This document shows positions 1 to 10,990 of a stretch of 64,000 nucleotides of DNA, piece after piece. The stretch is from the NCBI GenBank assembly GCA_028826165.1, contig JAPDFW010000057.1, forward strand, positions 532,726 through 596,725. The letters run 5' to 3'. The DNA is from Anaeramoeba ignava BMAN (lineage: Eukaryota > Protista > Anaeramoebae). The stretch's first letter is position 1. Each line of letters begins with the position of its first letter. Below the pieces are notes generated by a model. It worked only from the letters and a program-made list of their open reading frames with translations, had not been told where the DNA came from and made no database searches. The position numbers were made by a program, and so were the translations under genes.

Positions 1-38
1 AATCCAAATTTAAATTGATTTTTTTTTTAAATTCTTAG

Positions 39-2520
39 ATTTCAATCACAAAAAGACAAATTGTTAATGTTTTTCAACAAAGGAAAGATGGTTGGTGTGA
101 TGTTAGTTGGAATAATTTAAGAGGATTATTTCCTGAAACTTTTTTGGAAATTCTTGAAGAATCTGAACAAGAAGAAACTTCTATTGTTTTAGACAATTAT
201 GAAGCACAAAATCCTGATGAAATTTCTATTCCATCAGGTCAAGTTGTAAAAATTATTAACAAAAGGGATGATGGTTGGGTTATTGTTGAATATGAAAATA
301 AATATGGTTTCTTTCCAACTACTTTTCTATCAATTTATGAAAATGAAAATGAAAATCAAAATGAAAATGAAAATCAAAATCAAATTGAAAATCAAAATGA
401 AAATGAAAATGAAAATCAAAATCAAATTGAAAATGAAAATGAAAATGAAAATCAAAATCAAAATCAAAATCAAAATGAAAATGAAAATCAAAATCAAAAT
501 CAAAATCAAATCAAATGAAAATGAAAATCAAAATCAAAATCAAAATCAAAATCAAAATCAAAATCAAAATCAAAATCAAAATCAAAATCAAAATGAAAAT
601 CAAAATCAAAATCAAAATCAAAATCAAAATCAAATTGAAAATCAAAATCAAAATCAAAATCAAAATCAAAATCAAATTGAAAATCAAAATCAAAATCAAA
701 TTCAAAATCAAAATCAAAACCTAATTAAAGTGCAAAATGAAAATGAAAATCTTTTAAACAGAATTTCTGATTTAGAAGAATTAGTTAAAAATTTACAGAT
801 AGAGAAAGAAAAAAGAGAAAAAGAGCAAAGAGAAAAAGAACAGAAACAAAAAGAAAGAAAAGAGTTATTTCAAAAAAGAATTGTCGAAAAACCCATTTAT
901 TCATCAAAACAACTTAATTTAGATTTCTGGAAATTACTTGAAGTAGTAAATTCATTGAAACAAACAAATGACAAATCTTCCCAATTAATTTCCACAATTT
1001 TTGAAGAAATCAAAAAAATTTCTCAACATAAACCATTTATTCAAAAACCAAATGAAAAAGAAAATGTTGAACAATTTAAAAATCGAATCAGAATTCTTCA
1101 AAAAGAAAATGAATCACTTAAAATGAAAAATGAAGAATTAAATCGAGATAATATCCAAAAGAAAAATCAATTTGAGAAATTGATGAAAGAAAAAGAAGAA
1201 ATAATTTTAAATCAAAATAAATCAAATCAATTAAATCAATTAAATCAATCAAATCAAAATAAATCAAATGAATTAAATCAATTAAATCAAATAAATAAAT
1301 CAAATCAAAATAAATCAAATAAATTAAATCAATTAAATCAAAATCAATCAAATAAATCAAATAAATTAAATCAATTAAATGAAAATAAATCAAATAAATT
1401 AAATGAAAATGAATTAAATGAAAATGAATCAAATAAATTAAATAAATCAAATGAATCAAATCAATTAAATGAATCAAATGAATTAAATGAAAATGAATTA
1501 AATAAATCAAATAAATTAAATGAAAATAAATCAAATAAATCAAATAAATCAAATAAATTAAATCAATTAAATAAATTAAATAAATTAAATCAATCAAATG
1601 AAAATAAATCAAATAAATTAAATGAATCAAATGAAAATGAATTAAATAAATCAAATAAAAATGAATCAAATAAATTAAATGAAAATAAATCAAATAAATC
1701 AAATGAATTAAATGAATCAAATCAATTAAATCAATTAAATGAAAATAAATCAAATAAATTAAATGAAAATAAATCAAATCAATCAAATAAAAATGAATCA
1801 AATCAATTAAATCAATCAAATGAAAATAAATCAAATGAATCAAATCAATTAAATGAATCAAATCAATTAAATCAATCAAATGAAAATAAATCAAATGAAT
1901 TAAATCAATTAAATGAATTAAATGAAAATGAATTAAATCAATTAAATCAATCAAATGAAAATGAATTAAATGAATTAAATGAATCAAATAAATCAAATAA
2001 ATTAAATAAATTAAATAAATTAAATGAATTAAATGAATTAAATAAATTAAATAAATTAAATAAAAATGAATTAAATCAACCAAATGAATCAAATAAATCA
2101 AATAAATCAAATAAATCAAATAAATCAAATAAATCAAATAAATCAAATAAATCAAATAAATTAAATAAATTAAATAAATTAAATGAAAATGAATTAAATC
2201 AATTAAATCAATTAAATGAATCAAATCAATTAAATGAAAATGAATCAAATAAATTAAATAAAAATGAATCAAATAAATTAAATGAAAATGAATCAAATAA
2301 ATCAAATGAAAATGAATCAAATGAATCAAATGAATTAAATAAATTAAATGAATTAAATGAAAATAAATTAAATTCAATTATTTCACAAAGATCAAAAATT
2401 TCACTTTTACATAATTTTGAATCAACTAAAAAACATGTTTTTAACTCATTTTTAACAAATAATTTCTTATCAACACAATTTAAAAATTCATTTCCTTTAA
2501 ATTTCCAAATTAAAAAATAA
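39..2520 (+). CDS. Tandem-SH3, coiled-coil and low-complexity protein (5' part lies outside the window)
   Basis: Exon opens after ttag at 35-38. The frame reads ISITKRQIVNVFQQRKDGWCDVSWNNLRGLFPETFL (end of one SH3), then VLDNYEAQNPDEISIPSGQVVKIINKRDDGWVIVEYENKYGFFPTTFL (complete SH3). A frameshift at about 510-515 inside the AATCAA tract joins it to the 268..2520 frame (coiled coil, N-rich repeats, stop at 2520). Confidence 0.8.
337..750 (+). repeat. AATCAA/AATGAA hexamer microsatellite encoding NQ/NE
   Basis: Directly visible tandem hexamers inside the SH3 gene. Confidence 0.95.
1210..2372 (+). repeat. Mostly 9-nt coding repeat AAT-(A/G/C)AA-T(C/T)A, i.e. N-[KEQ]-[SL], interspersed with AATGAA
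   Basis: About 1.15 kb of aataaatca/aatgaatta/aatcaatta units, open in frame, with no GT...AG flanks. Confidence 0.9.
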
Positions 2521-2612
2521 TTTTTTTTTTATCAAAAAACAAAAATAAAAAATAAAAATAAAAATAAAAAACAAAATTTTTTTTTTCTTTTTTTTTTTCT
2601 TTTTCTGAGTTT

Positions 2613-2716
2613 TGGGTGTCATTGTTCCATTGGGGAATCTTTAGCGTCATCCTCTTCAAAAGAGTCGGAGTGAGCTGGTATTTGAAAAAGATTCAAGGTT
2701 TTTAATCATCCACCCA
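2613..2716 (-). ncRNA. Box C/D snoRNA; probable guide for LSU rRNA 2'-O-methyl-A in GUGAGCUGG (snR71/SNORD29-like target)
   Basis: Minus strand has a terminal stem UGGGUG/CACCCA (2716-2711 with 2618-2613), C box AUGAUUA (2709-2703), guide CCAGCUCAC (2678-2670), D' box CCGA (2668-2665), hairpin CUCUU-UUG-AAGAG, C' box GGAUGA, and D box AUGA (2622-2619). It is a GC-richer island in poly-A/T intergenic DNA. Confidence 0.8.
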
Positions 2717-2802
2717 TTTCTCAAATAAATTGAAAAATGAAAAAAAAAAATTTAAAAAAAAAATTTTTTCATTTTTTTCATTTTTTTTTAATAATAATAA
2801 TA

Positions 2803-4282
2803 ATGTCAGATAATTTATTTGCTTCATTTATTGCTAAAAAAGTAATTGCTTATATTATTCAAAATAAAGGATATGAATCAATAGAACAATCTGCATTAGA
2901 AGTTCTTATAGAAATTATGGAAAGATGTATAAATTCATTTTGAAATTAAAATTAATTTTGAAATTAAAATTCATTTTGAAATTAAAATTATAATTAAAAT
3001 TCATTTTGAAATTAAAATTAAAATTCATTTTAAAATTAAAATTATAATTAAAATTAAAATTAAAATTAAAATTCATTTTAAAATTAAAATTAAAATTCAT
3101 TTTGAAATTAAAATTCATTTTGAAATTAAAATTAAAATTCATTTTGAAATTAAAATTAAAATTAAAATTCATTTTGAAATTAAAATTCAAATTAAAATTA
3201 AAATTAAAATTCATTTTGAATTTAAAATTAAAATTAATTTTGAAATTAAAATTCATTTTGAAATTAAAATTCATTTTGAAATTAAAATTCATTTTGAAAT
3301 TAAAATTAAAATTCATTTTGAAATTCATTTTAAAATTAAAATTCATTTTGAATTTAAAAATTAAAATTAAAATTAAAATTAATTTTGAAATTAAAATTCA
3401 TTTATTGATTTAAAATTCAAATTCAAATTAAAATTAAAATTCATTTTGAAATTAAAATTCATTTTGAAATTAAAATTAAAATTCATTTTGAAATTAAAAT
3501 TCATTTTGAATTTAAATTCATTTTGTAAAGATATTGAAAAACTTGGCAGAGAAACAAAAATAATAACAGAACTTGGAAAAAGAACGAAATCTAATTTTAA
3601 TGATGTTCAATTTGCACTTTTAAAATTTAAAACATCAACTCCCGATTTAGAAGATTTTGTTTGTCAAACAAATCAACCAATTTTTGATCAAAAAATTCAA
3701 TCATTTCCAATTCCTCAATCATCTTATAAATCAAAAAAACCAAAACCGATATCAAACTATAAAAGAAATCAAGAAGAAAATAATTTCAAAATGGATGAAG
3801 AAGAAAACCGAAGCAATATGATTGATAACGGACTTTTTGATAGAATAATAACATCAAATGATGAAAATATTTTACAAAATGATGAAAATAATGAAAATCA
3901 ATTAGAAAATGATGAAAATAATGAAAATCAATTAGAAAATGATGAAAATAATGAAAATCAATTAGAAAATGATTTGGATTCAAAACCAAAACTGATTCTT
4001 CCTTTTACACTTCCAGATTTTCCAAATCAAAATCATTTATCAGAAGATTTTATCAAAAATGATTTAAATGAAAATTTAACTGAAAATTTAAATTCAAATT
4101 TAAATCAAAATGAAATTCAGAATTTTTTGGATCCAATTGATAAAATTTTACTTGATATAACAACTCAACAAGAATTATTAAGAAAAACTGAGAAAAAAAA
4201 AACACATGAAGCTTTACAATTACGTCAAAATTACTTTAAAAATTCAAATGATTTAAATTATGGAAATGATCTTAAATTTTAG
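2803..4282 (+). CDS. Bromodomain-associated (BTP) histone-fold protein, TAF8/TAF3-like; exons 2803-2926 and 3531-4282
   Basis: Spliced product MSDNLFASFIAKKVIAYIIQNKGYESIEQSALEVLIEIMERY|IEKLGRETKIITELGKRTKSNFNDVQFAL fits the BTP fold. The later LPDFP motif resembles the TAF8 C-terminal region. Intron gtataa...taaag at 2927-3530 restores the frame. Confidence 0.8.
2927..3530 (+). repeat. 604-nt intron composed of AAATTA/AAATTCATTTTG tandem units
   Basis: Repeat runs essentially from donor to acceptor of the TAF-like gene intron. Confidence 0.9.
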
Positions 4283-4429
4283 TTTTGAAAAATAAATAAC
4301 TTTTCATTTATTTGTTTCATCAAAAAAAAAATTAATAAAAAAAAAATTTAAATAAAATGATTTTTTTTATTTTCATTTTTTTTTTCCTTTTTATTTTTGT
4401 TTTAAAAGAAAAAAAAAATATTTAATAAA

Positions 4430-7400
4430 ATGAATCAAGCTGTTAGATTAATTGAACTTGAAAAAAGACCAAACCCTCAAAAAAATAAAATTAAAAAACC
4501 AATTTTTGATTACGAATCAGAAAAAAATTCAATTACTGTTAAAAAAGCAAAGTTACCTCTTTTATTTGAAATTCCAAAAGATGATATTCAAGTTTTAAGA
4601 CTTGAAAGAGCTCATAGAACAACTAAAACTGAATTTACAAAAAAAGTAAGCTTTTTCCAAACTTTTAAAATTAAAAAAAAATTTTTTTTTTCTTTTGATT
4701 TGTTTATTCATTTTGTTCTTAATTAATTTAAATAGAGTGAAACAAAAGGAAAATTTCCTTTTATTACAACTAGTGTTTGTTACCACTTTCAAATTAATAA
4801 AAACTTTTCCTGATTCCTTTTTCCAAAATCTAAATTTAAATTTACAATTCATTTATAAAATTCATTTTAAAATTAAAATTAAAATTCATTTATAAAATTA
4901 AAATTAAAATTAAAATTAATATTAAAATTAATATTAAAATTCATTTATAAAATTTAAAATTAAAATTAAAATTAATATTAAAATTTTTGAAAATTCATTT
5001 TGAAAAAATAGTCTGGAATTCAAAATAAAATTCCCGTTTATATGAGTGTCTGCTATAATATTTTCTATAAAAATTTCATTGTTATTCGAAGAAATTACCG
5101 AAATTCTTCATTATTAAATTTCCGAATTCCAAATTCTCTTCAATTAAAATTGGAAAATTTTGAAATTGATTTACCAAAACAACAAGCATTTTTAGAAAAA
5201 GAAAATTCAAATTTAAAACAACTCCGTTCACATAATTCACCCAGAATCAAGAAAAACAGTGAAGATCAAAAAATTGTTCGATTTGAAAGTCAAAATTCAT
5301 CTGAAGATATTATTTCTTTGTCAAATAAATCAACTAACGATTTAATTGAGTTGGAATCAGATATAAAAGAAAAAAAGACTATGAATATTTTTGAATTATA
5401 TGGAAAAAAGCAATTTCTTCAAGACTTTGGAGATTCAAGACAAAATATTGAACCATTTCCAGAAAATGAATTTTATCGAATTATCGTTGAACCAAAACAA
5501 TTACATTTTAATATTTCAAAACAATTTGAGCCTTTATTTTGTTCGATAGCTTTATACAATATTGCGAACAAAACAAAAGTTTCAGAAAATTTTTATTTTG
5601 AATTAAATCCTCCTTTAATTCGTCAAATGATTCCATCTTATGAAAAAGTTCATCCAACAACACTTTGCAAAAAAGCCATTTTCAAAATATCAAATCCGAC
5701 TGAAGATATTGTTTTGATTATTCGGATTGATAAAGTTTTCCAAGGATCATATGGCAAAATTAGTAGTCCTTATTTAAAAAAGGTAAATAAGAAAAAAAAA
5801 AAAATCATTTAAAAAATAACAAAACAAAATTGAAAATATTTAAAAATTTGATTTAAAAAAAAATCAGAAAGAACTGAGCCAACAAGCAGTCGATAAATTA
5901 TCAGCAAAAGCCTACAATTCTTGTATTGAATACGGCAAATTCAGACAACCTTTAGCTTGGGGTGGATTCAAATTATTTAGCAAAGAAAGTGATTCAGGAA
6001 TTCTTTATTCAGATATGTTTAACAAACAAGAATCACTTACAATGAAGCCGTTATATCAAATCAAAGATCTAATTAGCGAGCGTGAAATGCTTGATTTTTT
6101 ACAAAGCGAAAATAGACTCAAAAAGAAGGAGAAGACAATTCCAGGTTCAATGTTCATGTTTGATATCGAAAAATTCCGAGAAACAGAATCAAATCTTGAA
6201 TATATCATTAATCCTTCGCATGAATATGTCTCAGAAAATGAATTTGTGATTGATAATTATGGGAATACTTGGATTGATTTAAGAAAATTGCCGAATCAAA
6301 CCCAAAACAAAATTCCAACAAGAGAAATTGAGGAGTTTCCTGATTCCGTTACTTTGGATACAAAGCTTTTTTATGTTAACAATCTCTATATTTACCCCAA
6401 ATTATTCCCTCCAATCAAATTTTTATCTTTTGGAGTTCGAAATATTCTTGTCAGAGTTCGCTTCAAAGATAATGACCACGATCTTGATGATGAAGGACTT
6501 CCTGTGTTTTACGGAAGATCAAATGAAACAGAGTTTGTGACTGAGCAATTCACTAAGATTTTATATCACGAAAAAAAGGTGCATTTCCATGATGAAATCA
6601 AAATGAAGTTGCCTTTGGAATTGAATAGCAACCACCACTTGTTGTTTTCTTTCTACCATGTTAATTTTAAGAAGAGGAGATTATCAGCCATTTTTGAAGA
6701 AATCGGCCATTCTGTTTTGGTGTTGTTTCAAGAAAATGCTATTATTCGAAAGGATTTTGCGTTGCCAATTTGCTTGAATTTGGGAAAGTTTAATTATTTA
6801 TCTTCAAAGCAACTTCGTCAAAATCTTGGGTTTGAAAATGATTTTCAAGTGCAAATTAAGCTTGTGAGCACAGTTTATCCTCAAAATTTGAATATTGTCA
6901 ATGTGTTTAAGTATTTTGCAAATGTTTCTTCACTTGCTGTTCTTCCTTCTTATATCGAATCTTTACAGAATTTACGTGAAATGAATGATTTATCTCAAGA
7001 TATTGTTAATTTTCTTCCTGTTTTATTTAATATTTTACTTAAATTTATTTGCAAGTCGTCACCCAAATTAAATTATATTGAAAGATGTGATGAAGATATT
7101 AATTTTTATAAGGAATTAGAAAAGGATGAAGATGAAGATATTGAGACTAAAATAAAAAAAGAATTTGGACTTGAAACTGAAACTAAAAAAAATGATGAAA
7201 AAAATAATGAAAATAATGAAAATAATGAAAATAAAAATAATAATGAAAATATGAAAATAATAATGAAAATCAAAATAAAATTGAAATTGATATCGATATC
7301 GATATTGAAAAAGATGATTCAACCACAAACAAAAAACAAGAAACTATACAACCACAAACCCAAAAAAAACCTCAATCTCCAAAAAAAGTTGATCAATTTT

Positions 7401-10400
7401 CACCTTTTAGATTTACACCAAAAAATTTTGGAGTTGAAACATTCAAAACATTTGCAAAACTTGTGAGATTAACAGAAAAATTGGAAAAACAAAATCAAAC
7501 ACACTTTCTTGAACGCTATGCACAATACATCTTTACAAACATGGAAAACACACACATTTACCCATTCCAAAAAATCGTGAAATACTGGAACATTGTTCTT
7601 GAAAGCTTTAGCAACCAAAACATAAAAATTCGTTTTGAGGGAGAAGAATTCATCAAACCTGCATGGTTTTATTTTGAGTTAATTGCAAAATCAATGGTGA
7701 TATTCCTTGAGCAGAGATCAATTCTCGAGAATAGCCAAACAAGATTTTCACGTTTTAGTCACAAATATTTCAAATCACTTCTCAGATTGCTCCAAAATTT
7801 AAGCTTGCAAGTTATCAAATATTCTAGTATTGACATGTCAGTTGCAGATAAACTGAACAAATCGATCGGGCTTTTTATGAAGGATATTTTGGGTGTGATG
7901 GATATTGGAAGAGTATTTGATTTGATTCAATCATACATTAATTTTCTAACACATCGAAATAGTTTGAACGAGAAAATTTTTGGATTGAAAACAAAATTTT
8001 TCCGGGTTGATTAGCGACTATGAGTTTTATATACAAGTAAATCTGCCTATTAAACTGTCATTTTCAAGAACAAACATCAATCTGAAATATATCACTCAAT
8101 CACACTTCCTTTCTGGATCGATAATCAATCACGTATTCCAGGCTTTTGAAATGAAAAAAACAGGAGGAGTGATTTACGATGCAGTGAATTTGATCAGGGA
8201 TCTACTCTATTATCACTATGTGGATCCAAGATATCAAGACCCGGAATATCGCTCTCATATATGTTGTTTGTATCACCCGTTCATCCTGTATCTCATTGAC
8301 CGTATAGAGCTGTATCGAAACTACGATCTCGAGATCCGGCGAGATCTTCTTGCTTCAATGATATTTATTCTCCAATCAATTGATAAAAAATACTTCTTTT
8401 CTTGGTGGAAATTCGAAACATCAAGAAGAAAATTCGTTTTCTTTGATCTGCTCAGACTCTGTCTTGACACCTTTGAATATATTGGAAAGGAAAAAATCAG
8501 CCGAACTCAAACTGTTGATAACAGCTTGATTTCTTATGATATTCTCAAAACAAACAACCAAGTCATGGAAGGTACAAAGAAATACAAAAACGCCGCAAGG
8601 AAAAAAATATTCGACGCACACCAAGAAAAGACATCGCTATTGTCAAAAATGAATCACAAATTTCCGGACGCGATAATGGAAAACGCAACTTTTAAGGAAA
8701 TGATGTCACAAATGCAAAACAAATCTGGATTTTCTGTTGTGATTAATCCAGACTCGATAATCAAGCGAAACGCGAATAAAGACCCAGCATTTGAAGGAAA
8801 TTTATCAACACAGATTACACTGGGTGTGATTGGTGTTCTGGAAGAGGTTTTTGTGTGGGAAAGAAGTCAAAATACGAACCAAAAAGACGAATTAATTGAC
8901 GATCCAATTTTCAATAACATTTTCTCAGTGTTGATTTATCTTTTCGACAAAAACCTCTCTTATTCAGCAACATTACAGCTTCTTGAAACAACAAATCTTT
9001 TCGTTGATCTGAACCAAAAAAGAATATTCACGGGAGACAACAATTTCATCTCTTTGCTGAGCCAGAAATTATATAGTAAAGTTGTGTATCAGAACATAGA
9101 AGTGCGCAATAAAGCAAATTTTTTGATCTACTTTTTACTGAAGAAGAACTACGAAAACACGGATGATATCTTGCGTATTCAAATACATTCGACAATTGCC
9201 TTTTCAAAGCTGATCGGAGATCCGAAGGAGTTCCGCAACGAGGAGCTTATCAGCGAGACACTTGTGTCAATGAAGTCTTATGCGCAAAGCGAAAAGCAGG
9301 TGAAAAACAAAGAGAAATTCACCAATCTCGTGATAATGCACTCGGAAGAGTTGAAAATGATTCTTGAAAACGGAATCAAAATCAGAGAATGTGCAGATGA
9401 TTCAGAAATCACGTCCGAACTTTATTACAAAATCGCAAACAGCTATCACAAAACACCCGAATTGCGTCTTGCGTGGCTGGATTCACTTTACCACTACAAC
9501 CTCTCACACAACAACATCCTTGAATCCTTTGTGAATATTGTTCACATGCTAGCACTCATTTCTGAGTGTCTACTCTTCATGTATCCCGACAGAAAATGGC
9601 TTCCAAAAGGCGCGAGAAAATTCAACAAAATTTTCGCCTCTTGTCAAGAAGAAGTCATAAGCGGCGAGATCATCGACATCAAGCGACTCAAGCAGATCCC
9701 GTCGTTTTCTGAAGAAGGGCTTGTCAAAATGCTCAATCAAGCAAGCAAAGACGCGAACCAATTCTTGTTCTTCGAAACAAAAACACAAATCGCAAAAATG
9801 CTCTTCAAAATTTACGAACACCAAAGAAACTATCATGCGCTCTCTGAAGGCCATCTGGAACTTAAGACTGTTTTCGAGGAACTTTCCGAAGAGATCCGCA
9901 ACAACATGCCCAAACGTTTTCTTTCTTATTTTTACAGAATTGGTTTCTACGGCAATTTGTTCGAAGAACTCAACGGAAAGGAATTCATATACAGAGAGTC
10001 TGGCGAGAATCATCTTTTTGATCTCTCTGTCAAGTTCCGAGAAAAATACGAAACGCAGTTTGGAAAGGATATGTTCAAAATCATCGAGGATTCCAAAACG
10101 GTCGATCCAAATTCACTGGATCCCCAAAAAGCTTATATGCAGATTACTTCTGTCGAGCCTTATTTCACAAAGCAAGAGGTTTCCGAACGAATCACCATTT
10201 TCGAGCGCACAACAAACGCCAACAAATTCTTTTTTGAATCCGCATTCACAAAATCAGGAAAAAAGCTCGGCGCAATGGAGGATCAGTACAAACGCTGCAC
10301 AATTCTAACAACAGAAAAGACTCTTCCTTATCCTGTTAAGCGTGTTCTCGTTGTCAACAAGAACGAGACTGAACTTACTCCAATACAAGTTTGGACTGAT

Positions 10401-10733
10401 GATATCCGAAAAAAGAAAAATTTGATCCATGGATTGGTCTCATCTTCTTCAAAAGATCACAAAAAAATTGAACCTCTTTTGGTTGGAACTTGTTTGCCTA
10501 CTGTTAATTCAGGTCCCATTGAGATTTGCAGGGTTTTTCTTTCAAATTCAAAAAAATTCCCTGAAAATGATGTGATTTTATTGAAAAAGGAATTTAAACA
10601 ATTTTTGTTCAATTTAAATCTTTTGATTCAAATTCATGAACAAATTCTTCGTGATGATGTAAGAGAATTACATGAGCAAATCAAACAAGGTTATTCTAAG
10701 CTTTATGAGAGTTCCAAACATTATTTGATTTGA
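4430..10733 (+). CDS. DOCK-family Rho/Rac/Cdc42 GEF (DOCK-C/D or zizimin type; C2-DHR1 plus DHR2)
   Basis: Motifs include EPLFCSIALY..KVSENFYF, NNLYIYP, FHDEIKMKLP..HHLLFSFYHV (DHR1), PELRLAWL, FYRIGFYG..KEFIYRE, AYMQITSVEPYF, and PTVNSGP with the nucleotide-sensor Val. Introns at about 4646-4735, 4775-5011 and 5783-5867. Single-base frameshifts at about 7250 and 8005 join the three long ORFs. Confidence 0.93.
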
Positions 10734-10905
10734 TTTAATTCAATTTAATTCAATTTAATTCAATTTGATTTGATTTGATTTGATTTGATTTGATTTGATT
10801 TAATTTAATTCAATTTGATTTGATTTTATTCGATTTAATTCAATTTGAATTAATTTAATTTAATTCAATTTTATTCGATTTGATTCAATTTGATTTGATT
10901 TGAAT
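10727..10905. repeat. Pentamer repeat (TTTGA/TTTAA/TTCAA) between the convergent DOCK and VPS9 genes
   Basis: Visible tandem pentamers beginning at the DOCK stop codon. Confidence 0.85.
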
Positions 10906-10990
10906 TCAAAACAAAATTCAAAATTCAATTTAAAAAAAAAATCAATTTATTTTCAAATTTAAAAAATAAATAAAAATATTCTTTCTCATT

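Noticed and set aside
2606-2723. GC island as a tRNA or spliceosomal snRNA
   Set aside because: No cloverleaf or TTC loop, and no U5 loop, U6 ACAGAGA or clear Sm-site layout. C/D architecture fits better.
511-3413. ORFs of poly-IL/KI/FN/YL type (also at 14851-16567, 20244-20570, 28171-29547 and 50698-51133)
   Set aside because: Alternative-frame or antisense translations of microsatellites and intronic repeats, with no protein features.
7240-8010. DOCK as three genes, a pseudogene or a programmed frameshift
   Set aside because: Breaks are single-base shifts in repeats or homopolymers, domain order is continuous, and the same pattern occurs in several genes, consistent with consensus error.
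9570-10308. Overlapping ORFs within DOCK (and similarly within BEACH)
   Set aside because: Expected by-products of locally higher GC; no recognisable domains.
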